The notes under the pieces: generated by a model
The model's database searches: none
What the model was told of the DNA's origin: nothing
The model's input: the letters and a program-made list of their open reading frames with translations, nothing else
Source: Eledone cirrhosa
Taxonomy: Eukaryota
Direction: 5' to 3'
Length of the DNA stretch: 64,000 nt
Assembly (NCBI GenBank): GCA_964016885.1
Contig: OZ024752.1
Coordinates: 20,150,001 to 20,214,000, forward strand
Part shown: positions 1 through 15,300 of the stretch, one piece after another
Position numbering within the stretch: position 1 is the stretch's first letter
Layout: each line of letters opens with the position of its first letter
Translations under genes and position numbers: made by a program

Positions 1-253
1 ACAGTTCCAGCTGATTTGAACAGAAAAAGGTGAGAGAATCCTTACTGGATATGGCCAGTTTAAATGCTAAAGGGTTAAAGTGTTGCTCTAACATTAAGTT
101 GGTTTCATAATAGTGAAGTGCTGTTCTACCTAATATTGTGTTACATAGCATTAAAGTGTTGCTCACTCTCTGCCATATTCCTAACTCTTCTACTATTTTA
201 TATGAAAATAAAAAGAAACAATTAAGAAAGCTGCTACCGTTTGTTTATTGCAG

Positions 254-389
254 AAAACAATGCTTTGCTTGAGTGCCACTCCAGAGAAATTATTACTTGG
301 AGCTGAATTGTTGGACTTGAAGAAGAAATATAATGATAGCTATTACAGGGAGTTCAGTATTGATGATCTTGAGAACTTCCAAGGAGCAG
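254..389 (+). CDS. ANO10: ANO10 exon (1st in window): [45 protein letters not shown]
   Basis: ttgcag acceptor, CAG/gtacc donor; resembles the ANO10 LLGAE..L.K....MR.F motif; phase 1 matches the next exon. Confidence 0.88.
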
Positions 390-3300
390 GTACCAAGAAA
401 TATGTTTGATAATATGTTTAATACAATATCTACTTTCTACTAATGGTGGTAGTTTGAAGTAGAGGGGATCAGTGGCAGTGTTTAGATAGGGGTTCAAAAC
501 ACACATTTAGTCAGCAATGCCAGGATGATGTTTTTGTTTTGTTTTCTATTGTTTTATTGTGTTTTTTGCAGATGTGGGGGTGGGTGGTGGGGAGGCCTTG
601 CTCATTTCTTTCTAACTTTTTAGTCTGGAAGTAGAGTGACAAGTGGCTTATGTGGACTGCTTTAAACTGCTGAAGTTGGTGTGGCTGATGTTCATATTGA
701 ACTAGTGCAAGTTTATCTCTAATTCTGTGCAAGTTTATCTCTCATCCTGTCTAGAGAGAGTCTTGTACTCTCAGTCACTAATGCCTAGGAAACTGGAGAT
801 AAGCACTGGCCTAATGATCCTTCGGTTTAGAACAAACTTTAACTTTAACTAACTAAGGTTAATCTCTGTAGAAACAAATGTAAATAGAAATTTAGAAGCC
901 TTTCAGTTAAGATCATGGTTGAGATTCTGTAATACAGGTAAAGGAATTATGGTAAGATTGAAAGGTAATTCTTAATGAAGGAGCTATTACCCTCTTTTCT
1001 GACACTAGTTTGACTTTTCATTTTGGCTAAACAATTATATCATATTTCAGAGTTATACTTGTCTGGCAAAGTGATTTCATCTAAGCCTGAGTGTTGAAAC
1101 ATTGTGGAAGAGTCATCTTAGCCATTCAAAAACACTTGCTTTGCAGCATAGAATTACATCCCATTACATTTTGGGTTCAAATCCCACCATGGTTAGCTTT
1201 GCCTTACGGGGTCGATAAAATAAAGTACCAGTAATGCACTGGGGTCGATTTAATCAACTTTCCCCTTCTCCAAAAATTGTTAGCTTTCTGCCTAAATCAG
1301 AAATCATTATTGTTATTTGTATAAGGGCGGTGGATTGGCAGTATCGGTAGAGGGTCGGACGCCATGCTTTGACGCATAGAGTTACGGCCCTTGCCATTCT
1401 GAGTTCAAATCCCACCAAGGTTAACTTTGCCTTTCATCCTTACGGGGTCGATAAAATAAAGTACCAGTAATGCACTGGGATAATTGCTGGCTTTGTGCCT
1501 AACGTAGAAACAATTATTGTTATTTGTTACTTCCACTATAAAAGACAGCTTTAAGCTGAGTTGTCCAATCTAGAGTGGAACTAAGAGATGTTTGGATAGA
1601 GCAGAGGTTATCAAGGTGGCTGTACCCCCTCCCCCAAGGGAGGGCGTTGAGAAGGTCCAGGGGGCGCTGCAGCCAAAGGGGGTGGTGGTAGAGATGGTAT
1701 AATACTATATTAAATATCAAATGATAAATATATATTAATATAGTAAAATAAAAAATATATAATATTCATTTATACATATATATTATATTATTTATTATAT
1801 ATAAACTAACGATTTTATTTATTATATATTATTTACAATTTGCATGTAGGCAGGTGTCTCTTGAAATAAGGGTAGGGGGCGCTGAGGGGGGCAGTGGCCT
1901 GAAAAGTTTGAGAACATCTGGGATAGAGTGATGAAAGTTTGATAGTGTTGCAGGTTAGTAATTGGTGGGGAGTAAATGGTAGAAGAGGCATATAGAAAGG
2001 AAAGAATTTGTATAAACGGTGGGGATATTTCTATATTTATCTTCAAGTCAGATGTTCTGTTGCAGATATCAGGACTAATTTTTCATTGAATCATGTTCTT
2101 TGCTTCAGAACATTCAGAACTCCGACACATGTTGGGTTTGTTGATGAAAATCATTTTAGTTTTTTTAACTCTTTGGTTACCAATCCAGCCCAAACAGGCT
2201 CTGGTTCTATGAATTATAATCACCCATTTTAAAGGTTTCCAATTTAAATTAAAATCTTCCTACATAATATATAAGACCTTCCTTTAGTATTTAAACTTGC
2301 CACACCCAGCCAGAATTCTCTCACCTCTTTCTGTTCAAACCAGTTGTAACTGGCTGCTCATACTGATGTTAAGGTATTGTTCTCAAATTAAATAATATCA
2401 AAATCTCATAGATTCTATATTATGCAAGGTAAAGCCTTTACCATGAAAATATAATAGTAAATATAGAGTAATGTGAATGCTAAAGGGTTAAGTTACTATC
2501 TTAGTAATGAAATAATTAATAATTTTAGTAAATCCCTCAAATTGTTCATTAATTAATTAGAATAGTGTGTATTTCATTAGAAATGCAGTCATGAATGGTT
2601 TCAGTCACCTTCAAGAAAACAGATGAGTCACTTGTCTGAAATAGTGACCAATTAGGATTCCATTGGGACCAAAACATTTTAATTTAATGTGGGAAGGGAG
2701 GAGTGTTTAGTTATGTCATAAATTATAATTTATGGCATAACTAAACACTCCTAATTATCAATGATGTGGGCCTTCACCTCCTCCAAACTAACAGATGTCA
2801 CATCATTCACTATTGTCTAGGGCTGTGTTGGATATTTACATGTCATTATTTATATGTAAACTTTCATGTACATACAAACTAACAACAATACAACTTTCCT
2901 GTGCTTTTCACTTCTCATTTTCCTGTCTCTATTGTAACATCATTCATAATTTTATTTTACTTTCCCATGTTTTTATTAAACTTCTGTGCAGTATTGTCTT
3001 TGTTACAGATTACATCAATAAATTATAAAACTAAAAGCACTGTAGTATTTAGAAATATCTATTAGTGAGTAGATACACCTAAGATGAAGCCTTTCTCTAT
3101 TGGCTGAAATTCCTCTTACTAGTGCCATAACTAAATCTTTAAAATTACATTGTAGAATAGTTATTTTAGTCATTGAAGAACACATCAAAACTGTTACTTC
3201 TTAAATAATACTAAAGTATTTCTCAAATAGTACTAGTCATTCTTAAATAATACTACTGTGTTTTTTAAATAGTACTAAAGTCATTCTGAAATAATCATCA

Positions 3301-6300
3301 TTATCATCATCATCATCATCGTTTAATGTCTATCTTCCACGCTAGCATGTGTTTAGACGGGAATTGTCCCACTTGAGGCAAGATTGGTCGTCTTGCTCGT
3401 ATTGGACTGTCTGGCAGGTTTTATACGGCTGGATGCTCTTCCTAACACCAACCACGTTTACAGTGTGGACTGGGAGGTTTTTACCGTGTTACCTACACGG
3501 CCACATTACAGCGTGGACTGTGTGTTTTTTTGTTGTGTCACCTACACGACCTCATTTATTTAGGACTGGATGTTGTGGTACCAACATAACTTTACAGAGA
3601 AAGGGGTGGTGTTGATAGGGGTGGGGGAGTTGGGGGAGTGGGAGGGGGTGTATATTTGATTAAGAGGTGCCTACTGACTGTAGGTTTCGCCAGTTACATT
3701 GTCTTAAAGAGGTGTAAGTGTGTAAGGTCGGAATTTATCAAATCGTCCCAGGTTTTTCTGGGTCTGCCTACTCAGTAACTTCCGTCAATTTTGATCGCCC
3801 TGCACTTTTTTATACAGCTGTCGTCTTTCATGCGCATCACGTGACCATACCAACGTAGTCTTCTCTCGAGTAAACAGCATCTGATCCCTCTTATACCTAA
3901 TTTCTCACTTAGTTCATTTATGCTTTGCTGTTCACGTATATTACTATTACACATCCAGCGGAGCATGCAAGCTTCGTTCCTCTCCAGTCTGCGTATATCC
4001 TCTGCACACAATGCCCATGTCTCACTGCTATGTGACATTGATGTTCGTATGCAGGCATCATACAGTCTGCCTTTCATTTTTAGAGAGAAACCTTTATCAG
4101 CCAATAGTGGTATAAGCTCTCTGAACTTTTTCCATCCCATTCTGACTCTGACTACTGTACTTTCTGAGCACCCTCCACCACTGCTGATTTTGTCACCCAG
4201 GTAACAGAAGGTGTCCACTATTTCTATAGAGCCATCAGAGCAATAGAAGGAGCTAGTATCCTGTGGGCGCTTGCTACTTATTGCACCTGAGCACCAGCCA
4301 CATATAAAATCTACGTTCTTAGATAGCTTACCTGTGATCCCACTACATCTTTTATGCACCCATACTTTGCATTTGGGACATAAAATGGAATTTCTGCCTA
4401 CTCCTTTCCTACACACTGAGCATGGCCATTTCCCAGAGGGGACCAGTGCCCTATTTTCCTTTCTACATACTAGAACTTTAGTCTTAGACAAGTTAACTTT
4501 AAGGCCTTTTGAGTCTAGGCCACGCTTCCATGTTTGGAATTTCTTCTCTAGTTCAGCCATCAATTCAGCTATGAGCGTTAGATCATCTGCATAGAGAAAT
4601 TTCCATGGGCAGCCAGTCTTGAACTCCTCTGTTATAGCCTGAAGGGCAATAATAAATAGGAGGGGGCTAAGGACAGAGCCCTGATGGACACCAACTTTTA
4701 CGCTAAATTCTTCACTATATTCGTTGTTAATTCTAACCTTGCTGACTGTTTCTTTATACAATACTAAAGTATTTCTCAAATAGTACTAAAGTGATTCTTA
4801 AATGTACTACAGTATTTCTGAAATAGTACTAAAGTCATTCATAAAAGAACTAATGATATTCTTAATAGTACTGCAGTAATTCTTAAGTAGTACTAAAGTA
4901 TTTCTTAAGAGTACTATATTATTATTACTTGATATACTATAGTATTACCTAATAAACTATATTATGGTATACTATAGTATTACTTAACAGTACTATAATA
5001 TTACTTAATCATCATCATCATCATCATACGCTTGCTTTTCCTTGCTTGCAAGGGTGGGAGGGGTTCGATTCAACACAGCATCCCTCCACTTGTCACAGTC
5101 CTTCATCATCGACTTTGTGAACTTCAACGATCTGAGGTCAGCTCTCACCACCTCCGCCCTTGATTTTCGTCGTCTTCCTCTACTTCGTCTTCCTTCCACC
5201 ATGATTTCTTGGCACTTCTTTACCCAGCGGTCATGCACATCACATGGCCCTACCAACACAGTCTTCTCTCCCGCACACTACAGTTGATCCCTCTTATACA
5301 CAATTTCTCACTCAACTCAATGGTTGTTCACGCACATTGACATTGCACATCCAACATAGCATGCTTACTTCATTTCTTTCCAGCCGTCGCATATCCTCTG
5401 CAGTTGCTGCCCATGTCTCACTACCATGCAGCATCGCGCATCTCACACAGGCATCATATAACCGGCCTTTCACTTATAGGGAGAAACCCTTCTTTGCCAA
5501 CAGAGGAAGCAGCTCCCTAATCTTCTTCCATCCTGTCCTTATTCTAGATATTATGGCCTCGGAGCATCGTCCTCCCTTGCTAATCTGATCACCTAGGTAT
5601 CAAAAGCTATCAACCACCTCTATAGATCCTACCTGCATTTGAAAAATGTGCCTATCACTGACATTTCTACTATCAAATTTGCCTGAACATCTACTGCATA
5701 TATAGTTTTCCCGACCTGTTAATTTGCCTACTATCCCAAGATCTGCAATGTGTACAAATTATAGAATTTATGCCAACTCCTTTTCTACGTATGAAACATG
5801 GTCATTTCCCTGATGGAATCAGAGTTTTGTCCTCTTTCCTACTTATCAACACTTTAGTTTTGCTAGGTTCACTCTCAGTCCTCTTAATTCCAACTGCTGT
5901 TTCCATAGCCAGAATTTCTTCTCTAGCTCCTCTACTGATTCTGCTATAAGTACCAGATCATCAGCCTAGAGAGGTTCCCATGGACAGCCAGTCTTAAACT
6001 CCTCTGTTATGGCTTGGAGGACTATAATGAACAAGAGTGGGCTGAGAACCGAACCCTGATGTACTCCTACTTGTATCTGGAATTCCTCACTAAACTCCAT
6101 TCCTACTCTCACTATACAGACAGCACCTCTGTACATAGCTTGCACTGTTCTCACAAGCTATTCCTCTACACCTAGTTTCTTTAGGGACCACCAGATGACA
6201 GATCGAGGTACTCTATCAAAGGCCTTCTCTGGGACAAAAAAAGTTAAATATAGTGGCTTATTATTCTCTAAGAACCTCTCTTGTTGTTGTCTCACTAAGA

Positions 6301-9300
6301 AGAGGGCATCTGTTCTACTCTTCCCAGGCACAAAACCAAACTGCATCTCATCTAGTTTGACCCTTTCTCTAATCAGTTGGGCTAGTATTCTTTCTGTCAC
6401 TTTCATAACCTGATCCATCAGCTTTATGCCCTATAATTGCTCCTCTCCAGAGCATCCCCTTTACCTTTGTAGCAATTTACAAGAATACTGCTGCACCAGT
6501 CTTTGGGTATGACACAACCATATAGCCTGATTGATGATGTGTGCAACCAGTTTAGTTCCTACTTCTCCTGATGCCTTCAGCATCTCAGCAACTATCCCCG
6601 ACGGTCCAGCGGCCTTACCACTTTTCATTTCCTTAATCGCCTCTTGGACCCTATAATCGTCAATCTCAATAGCTGGTCCCTCGTTCGGGTCTACTGGGGG
6701 TAGTTTTTCTCTCTCCCATTCATTCTCAACATTCATTAGTCTCTCATAATGACATTTCCAGGCCTCTTTCTTCTGAGCATCAGTGAAACTAAGTGTACCA
6801 TCATCATTTCGGACACACTTATCTCCAACAACATCCTGATTTACACTGACACACTGCCTTGCAATGCAAAACACCTCACGTCTCTGATCCTCTCATCACA
6901 GAACATTGGCAAACCTCCTACGCTCAGCTTCCTTGCGTGCTAAGTACATCTGACGTCTTGCCTCTCTTTTAGCGGCTGTGGATCACTCTATACTCTCATC
7001 ATTTTTTCAAGCCTTCCATGCTAGTCTTTTTCTCTAATGGCCCTATCTACCTTGCTATTCCACCACCAGGTCACCCTATGTCTGGTTGGAGCTTTGCTCC
7101 AGCCACAAGTCTCTTCAGTAGCCTGCAGTAAATTGTCACATAAGAACTTCCAATTATCTTCTATGTCCTACAATTCTAATTCGTCTTCTTTCTCGTCATA
7201 CACATCTTGAAGGGCTTTCCTAAATTTATATTAAAGTGAAAGGTCTTTTAGCTTCCAGACCTTCCTTTTCTACACCTTCCTGTATGTCTCATTCCGTCTC
7301 TTGCTTATTGAGATATCACTAATGACTAACATATGTTGGGGGTACATTCTTCCCCAGGGTATGCCTTGGTATTCATAACCATCTGTCTCGTTGCCTAACT
7401 AGCAAGAAGTCAATCTGGCTTATGTGCTCGTCTGATTTGTAGGTTATTATTGGTTGGTAGGCTTCTGGAAGTTAGTGTTGCAAATGGTTAGTTCACTTGC
7501 ATCACAAAATTCAACATCAACACCACCAACACCAACACCACCAACAACACCAACACCACCAACACCCACACCACCAACACCAACACCACCAACAACAACA
7601 CCACCAACAACAACACCACCAACACCACCAACACCAACACCACCAACACCAACACCACCAACACCAACACCACCACCAACAACAACACCACCAACACCAA
7701 CAACACCAACACCACCACCAACAACAACACCACCAACACCGACACCACCAACATCAACACCACCAACACCAACACCACCAACACCAACACCACCACCACC
7801 AACACCACCACCAACAACAACACCACCACCAACAACAACACCAACACCACCACCACCAACAACAACAACACCACCACCAACAACAACAGCACCAACAACA
7901 AAACCACCACCACCAACAACAACAACAGCACCAACACCAACAACACCAACAACACCACCACCAACAACACCACCAACACCACCAACACCACCACCAACAC
8001 CACCAACACCACCACCAACAACACCAACACCTCCACCAACAACACCACCACCACCAACAACACCACCAACACCACTACCACCAACACCACCACCACCAAC
8101 AACACCACCACCAACAACAACAATACCACCACCAACACCACCACCACCAACAACCCCACCACCAACAACACCACCACCACCACCGACACCACCACCACCA
8201 CCAACACCACCACCACCACCACCAACAACAACAACACCACCACCACCACCAAAAACACCACCACCACCACCAACAACAACAACACCACCACCACCACCAC
8301 CACCAACACCACACTATCCCAATGTACACTCCTTACTGTCTCTCCCTCCCTCTCACTCTCTCACACGCTCTCACACTCTCCTTCTCTCTCACTCTCTCAC
8401 TCTCTCTCTCACTACCTCTCTCTTCCTCCTTCGCACACTCCCCCTTCCCCCCCCCACTCACCCCACTATCTCTCTTTCACACTCCCCCTCTCTATTCTAT
8501 ATTACAGAAGACATCTGTTCATTCTTCACCAATACTGAGAAAATCAAGATAGTCTATCGTTACCTGTGTGGTCTCCGTGCCCAGAGGGCAGACACCCATA
8601 TACCTGGCTACCCAGACGCAAGACTCTACCCAGGAAAAAGCTTATGTAAGTTCTCACCTTATCTGCCATCTCCACCCCAGCCCTCCTAATGAGCTATACC
8701 TTACCTGCCATCTCCACCCCAGCCCACCTAATGAGCTATACCTTACCTGCCATCTCCACCACAGCCCACCTAATGAGCTATACCTTACCTGCCATCTCCA
8801 CCCCAGCCCTTCTAATGAGCTATACCTTACCTGCCATCTCCACCCCAGCCCACCTAATGAGCTATACCTTACCTGCCATCTCCACCCCAGCCCTTCTAAT
8901 GAGCTATACCTTACCTGCCATCTCCACCCCAGCCCTTCTAATGAGTTATACCTTACCTGCCATCTCCACCCCAGCCCTCCTAATGAGCTATACCTTACCT
9001 GCCATGTCCACCCCAGCCCACCTAATGAGCTATACCTTACCTGCCATCTCCACCCCAGCCCTTCTAATGAGTTATACCTTACTTGCCATCTCCACCCCAG
9101 CCCACCTAATGAGCTATACCTTACCTGCCATCTCCACCCCAGCCCTTCTAATGAGCTATACCTTACCTGCCATCTCCACCCCAGCCCACCTAATGAGCTA
9201 TACCTTACCTGCCATCTCCACCCCAGCCCTTCTAATGAGCTATACCTTACCTGCCATCTCCACCCCAGCCCTTCTAATGAGTTATAGCTTACCTGCCATC

Positions 9301-12300
9301 TCCACCCCAGCCCTCCTAATGAGCTATACCTTACCTGCCATGCCCACCCCAGCCCACCTAATGAGCTATACCTTACCTGCCATCTCCACCCCAGCCCTTC
9401 TAATGAGCTATACCTTACCTGCCATCTCCACCCCAGCCCTTCTAATGAGTTATACCTTACCTGCCATCTCCACCCCAGCCCTCCTAATGAGCTATACCTT
9501 ACCTGCCATCTCCACCCCAGCCCTTCTAATGAGCTATACCTTACCTGCCATCTCCACCCCAGCCCACCTAATGAGCTATACCTTACCTGCCATCTCCACC
9601 CCAGCCCTTCTAATGAGCTATACCTTACCTGTCATCTCCACCCCAGCCCTTCTAATGAGCTATACCTTACCTGCCATCTCCACCCCAGCCCACCTAATGA
9701 GCTATACCTTACCTGCCATCTCCACCCCAGCCCTTCTAATGAGCTATACCTTACCTGCCATCTCCACCCCAGCCCACCTAATGAGCTATACCTTACCTGC
9801 CATCTCCACCCCAGCCCTTCTAATGAGCTATACCTTACCTGCCATCTCCACCCCAGCCCTTCTAATGAGCTATACCTTACCTGCCATCTCCACCCCAGCC
9901 CACCTAATGAGCTATACCTTACCTGCCATCTCCACCCCAGCCCACCTAATGAGCTATACCTTACCTGCCATCTCCACCCCAGCCCACCTAATGAGCTATA
10001 CCTTACCTGTCATCTCCACCCCAGCCCTTCTAATGAGCTATACCTTACCTGCCATCTCCACCCCAGCCCTTCTAATGAGCTATACCTTACCTGCCATCTC
10101 CACCCCAGCCCTTCTAATGAGCTATACCTTACCTGCCATCTCCACCCCAGCCCTTCTAATGAGCTATACCTTACCTGTCATCTCCACCCCAGCCCTTCTA
10201 ATGAGCTATACCTTACCTGCCATCTCCACCCCAGCCCACCTAATGAGCCAAACCTTACCTGCCATCTCCACCCCAGCCCTTCTAATGAGCTATACCTTAC
10301 CTGCCATCTCCACCCCAGCCCACCTAATGAGCTATACCTTACCTGCCATCTCCACCCCAGCCCACCTAATGAGCTATACCTTACCTGCCATCTCCACCCC
10401 AGCCCTCCTAATGAGCTATACCTTACCTGCCATCTCCACCCCAGCCCACCTAATGAGCTATACCTTACCTGCCATCTCCACCCCAGCCCACCTAATGAGC
10501 TATACCTTACCTGCCATCTCCACCCCAGCCCGCCTAATGAGCTATACCTTACCTGCCATCTCCACCCCAGCCCACCTAATGAGCTATACCTTACCTGCCA
10601 TCTCCACCCCAGCCCTCCTAATGAGCTATACCTTACCTGCCATCTCCACCCCAGCCCACCTAATGAGCTATACCTTACCTGCCATCTCCACCCCAGCCCA
10701 CCTAATGAGCTATACCTTACCTGCCATCTCCACCCCAGCCCTCCTAATGAGCTATACCTTACCTGCCATCTCCACCCCAGCCCACCTAATGAGTTATACC
10801 TTACCTGCCATCTCCACCCCAGCCCTCCTAATGAGCTATACCTTACCTGCCATCTCCACCCCAGCGCTTCTAATGAGCTATACCTTACCTGCCATCTACA
10901 CCCCAGCCCTCCTAATGAGTTATACCTTACCTGCCATCTCCACCCCAGCCCTCCTAATGAGCTATACCTTACCTGCCATCTCCACCCCAGCCCACCTAAT
11001 GAGCTATACCTTACCTGCCATCTCCACCCCAGCCCTTCTAATGAGCTATACCTTACCTGCCATCTGCACCCCAGCCCACCTAATGAGTTATACCTTACCT
11101 GCCATCTCCACCCCAGCCCACCTAATGAGCTATACCTTACCTGCCATCTCCACCCCAGCCCTCCTAATGAGCTATACCTTACCTGCCATCTCCACCTAAT
11201 AAGCTATACCTTACCTGCCATCTCCACCACAGCCTTCCTAATGAGCTATACCTTACCTGCCATCTCCACCCCAGCCCACCTAATGAGTTATAACTTACCT
11301 GCCATCTCCTCCCCAGCCCACCTAATGAGCTATACCTTACCTGCCATCTCCACCCCAGCCCACCTAATGAGCTATACCTTACCTGCCATCTCCACCCCAG
11401 CCCACCTAATGAGTTATACCTTACCTGGCATCTCCACCCCAGCCTTCCTAATGAGCTATACCTTACCTGCCATCTCCACCCCAGCCCACCTAATGAGTTA
11501 TACCTTACCTGCCATCTCCACCCCAGCCTTCCTAATGAGCTATACCTTACCTGCCATCTCCACCCCAGCCCACCTAATGAGCTATACCTTACCTGCCATC
11601 TCCACCCCAGCCCTCCTAATGAGCTATACCTTACCTGCCATCTCCACCCCAGCCTTCCTAATGAGCTATACTTTACCTGCCATCTCCACCCCAGCCCTCC
11701 TAATGAGCTATACCTTACCTGCCATCTCCACCCCAGCCCACCTAATGAGCTATACCTTACCTGCCATCTCCACCCCAGCCCACCTAATGAGCTATACCTT
11801 ACCTGCCATCTCCACCCCAGCCCTCCTAATGAGCTATATCTTACCTGCCATCTCCACCCCAGCTCACCTAATGAGCTATACCTTACCTGCCATCTCCACC
11901 CCAGCCCTCCTAATGGGCTATACCTTACCTGCCATCTCCACCCCAGCCCTCCTAATGAGCTATACCTCACCTGCCATCTCCACCCTAGCCCACCTAATGA
12001 GTTATACCTTACCTGCCATCTCCACCCCAGCCCACCTAATGAGTTATACCTTACCTGCCATCTCCACCCCAGCCCTCCTAATGAGCTATACCTTACCTGC
12101 CATCTCCACCCCAGCCCACCTAATGATCTATACCTTACCTGCCATCTCCACCCCAGCCCACCTAATGAGCTATACCTTACCTGCCATCTCCACCCCAGCC
12201 CTCCTAATGAGCTATACCTTACCTGCCATCTCCACCCTAGCCCACCTAATGATCTATACCTTACCTGCCATCTCCACCCCAGCCCACCTAATGAGCTATA

Positions 12301-15300
12301 CCTTACCTGCCATCTCCACCCCAGCCCACCTAATGAGCTATACCTTACCTGCCATCTCCACCCCAGCCCTCCTAATGAGCTATACCTTACCTGCCATCTC
12401 CACCCCAGCCCACCTAATGAGTTATACCTTACCTGCCATCTCCACCCCAGCCCACCTAATGAGCTATACCTTACCTGCCATCTCCACCCCAGCCCACCTA
12501 ATGAGTTATACCTTACCTGCCATCTCCACCCCAGCCCTCCTAATGAGCTATACCTTACCTGCCATCTCCACCCCAGCCCACCTAATGAGCTATATCTTAC
12601 CTGCCATCTCCACCCCAGCCCACCTAATGAGCTATACCTTACCTGCCATCTCCACCCCAGCCCACCTAATGAGCTATACCTTACCTGCCATCTCCACCCC
12701 AGCCCACCTAATGAGCTATACCTTACCTGCCATCTCCACCCCAGCCCACCTAATGAGCTATACCTTACCTGCCATCTCCACCCCAGCCCACCTAATGAGC
12801 TATACCTTACCTGCCATCTCCACCCCAGCCCACCTAATGAGCTATACCTTACCTGCCATCTCCACCCCAGCCCTCTTAATGAGCTATACCTTACCTGCCA
12901 TCTCCACCCCAGCCCTCTTAATGAGCTATACCTTACCTGCCATCTCCACCCCAGCCCTTCTAATGAGCTATACCTTACCTGCCATCTCCACCCCAGCCCA
13001 CCTAATGAGCTATACCTTACCTGCCATCTCCACCCCAGCCCACCTAATGAGTTATACCTTACCTGCCATCTCCACCCCAGCCCACCTAATGAGCTATACC
13101 TTACCTGCCATCTCCACCCCAGCCCACCTAATGAGCTATACCTTACCTGCCATCTCCACCCCAGCCCACCTAATGAGCTATACCTTACCTGCCATCTCCA
13201 CCCCAGCCCTCCTAATGAGCTATACCTTACCTGCCATCTCCACCCCAGCCTTCCTAATGAGCTATACCTTACCTGCCATCTCCACCCCAGCCCACCTAAT
13301 GAGCTATACCTTACCTGCCATCTCCACCCCAGCCCACCTAATGAGCTATACCTTACCTGCCATCTCCACCCCAGCCCACCTAATGAGTTATACCTTACCT
13401 GCCATCTCCACCCCAGCCCACCTAATGAGCTATACCTTACCTGCCATCTCCACCCCAGCCCACCTAATGAGCTATACCTTACCTGCCATCTCCACCCCAG
13501 CCTTCCTAATGAGCTATACCTTACCTGCCATCTCCACCCCAGCCCACCTAATGAGCTATACCTTACCTGCCATCTCCACCCCACTCCACCTAATGAGCTA
13601 TACCTTACCTGCCATCTCCACCCCACTCCACCTAATGAGTTATACCTTACCTGCTATCTCCACCCCAGCCCTCCTAATGAGTTATACCTTACCTGCCATC
13701 TCCACCCCAGCCCTCCTAATGAGTTATACCTTACCTGCCATCTCCACCCCAGCCCTCCTAATGAGCTATACCTTACCTGCTATCTCCACCCCAGCCCTCC
13801 TAATGAGTTATACCTTACCTGCCATCTCCACCCCAGCCCTCCTAATGAGCTATACCTTACCTGCCATCTCCACCTAATGAGCTATACCTTACCTGCCATC
13901 TCCACCCCAGCCTTCCTAATGAGCTATACCTTACCTGCCATCTCCACCCCAGCCCACCTAATGAGTTATACCTTACCTGCCATCTCCACCCCAGCCCACC
14001 TAATGAGCTATACCTTACCTGCCATCTCCACCCCAGCCCACCTAATGAGCTATACCTTACCTGCCATCTCCACCCCAGCCCTCCTAATGAGCTATACCTT
14101 ACCTGCCATCTCCACCCCAGCCTTCCTAATGAGCTATACCTTACCTGCCATCTCCACCCCAGCCCACCTAATGAGCTATACCTTACCTGCCATCTCCACC
14201 CCAGCCCACCTAATGAGCTATACCTTACCTGCCATCTCCACCCCAGCCCACCTAATGAGTTATACCTTACCTGCCATCTCCACCCCAGCCCACCTAATGA
14301 GCTATACCTTACCTGCCATCTCCACCCCAGCCCACCTAATGAGCTATACCTTACCTGCCATCTCCACCCCAGCCTTCCTAATGAGCTATACCTTACCTGC
14401 CATCTCCACCCCAGCCCACCTAATGAGCTATACCTTACCTGCCATCTCCACCCCAGCCCTCCTAATGAGCTATACCTTACCTGCCATCTCCACCTAATGA
14501 GCTATACCTTACCTGCCATCTCCACCCCAGCCTTCCTAATGAGCTATACCTTACCTGCCATCTCCACCCCAGCCCACCTAATGAGTTATACCTTACCTGC
14601 CATCTCCACCCCAGCCCACCTAATGAGCTATACCTTACCTGCCATCTCCACCCCAGCCCACCTAATGAGCTATACCTTACCTGCCATCTCCACCCCAGCC
14701 CTTCTAATGAGCTATACCTTACCTGCCATCTCCACCCCAGCCCACCTAATGAGCTATACCTTACCTGCCATCTCCACCCCAGCCCTTCTAATGAGCTATA
14801 CCTTACCTGCCATCTCCACCCCAGCCCACCTAATGAGTTATACCTTACCTGCCATCTCCACCCCAGCCTTCCTAATGAGCTATACCTTACCTGCCATCTC
14901 CACCCCAGCCCACCTAATGAGTTATACCTTACCTGCCATCTCCACCCCAGCCTTCCTAATGAGCTATACCTTACCTGCCATCTCCACCCCAGCCTTCCTA
15001 ATGAGCTATACTTTACCTGCCATCTCCACCCCAGCCCTCCTAATGAGCTATACCTTACCTGCCATCTCCACCCCAGCCCACCTAATGAGCTATACCTTAC
15101 CTGCCATCTCCACCCCAGCCCTCCTAATGAGCTATATCTTACCTGCCATCTCCACCCCAGCCCACCTAATGAGCTATACCGTACCTGCCATCTCCACCCC
15201 AGCCCTTCTAATGAGCTATACCTTACCTGCCATCTCCACCCCAGCCCTCCTAATGGGCTATACCTTACCTGCCATCTCCACCCCAGCCCTCCTAATGAGC

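Noticed and set aside
1326-1420. tRNA gene
   Set aside because: A/B boxes belong to a multi-copy SINE head; no cloverleaf
3063-3120. Hammerhead-like AAGATGA-AGCC...GGCT-GAAA
   Set aside because: Core lacks C3/U4 and stems I/III are unconvincing; at most a decayed remnant
7454-8552. Pro/Thr mucin-like or poly-His/Gln ORFs
   Set aside because: CAA/CAC microsatellite; only 8508-8645 is a real exon
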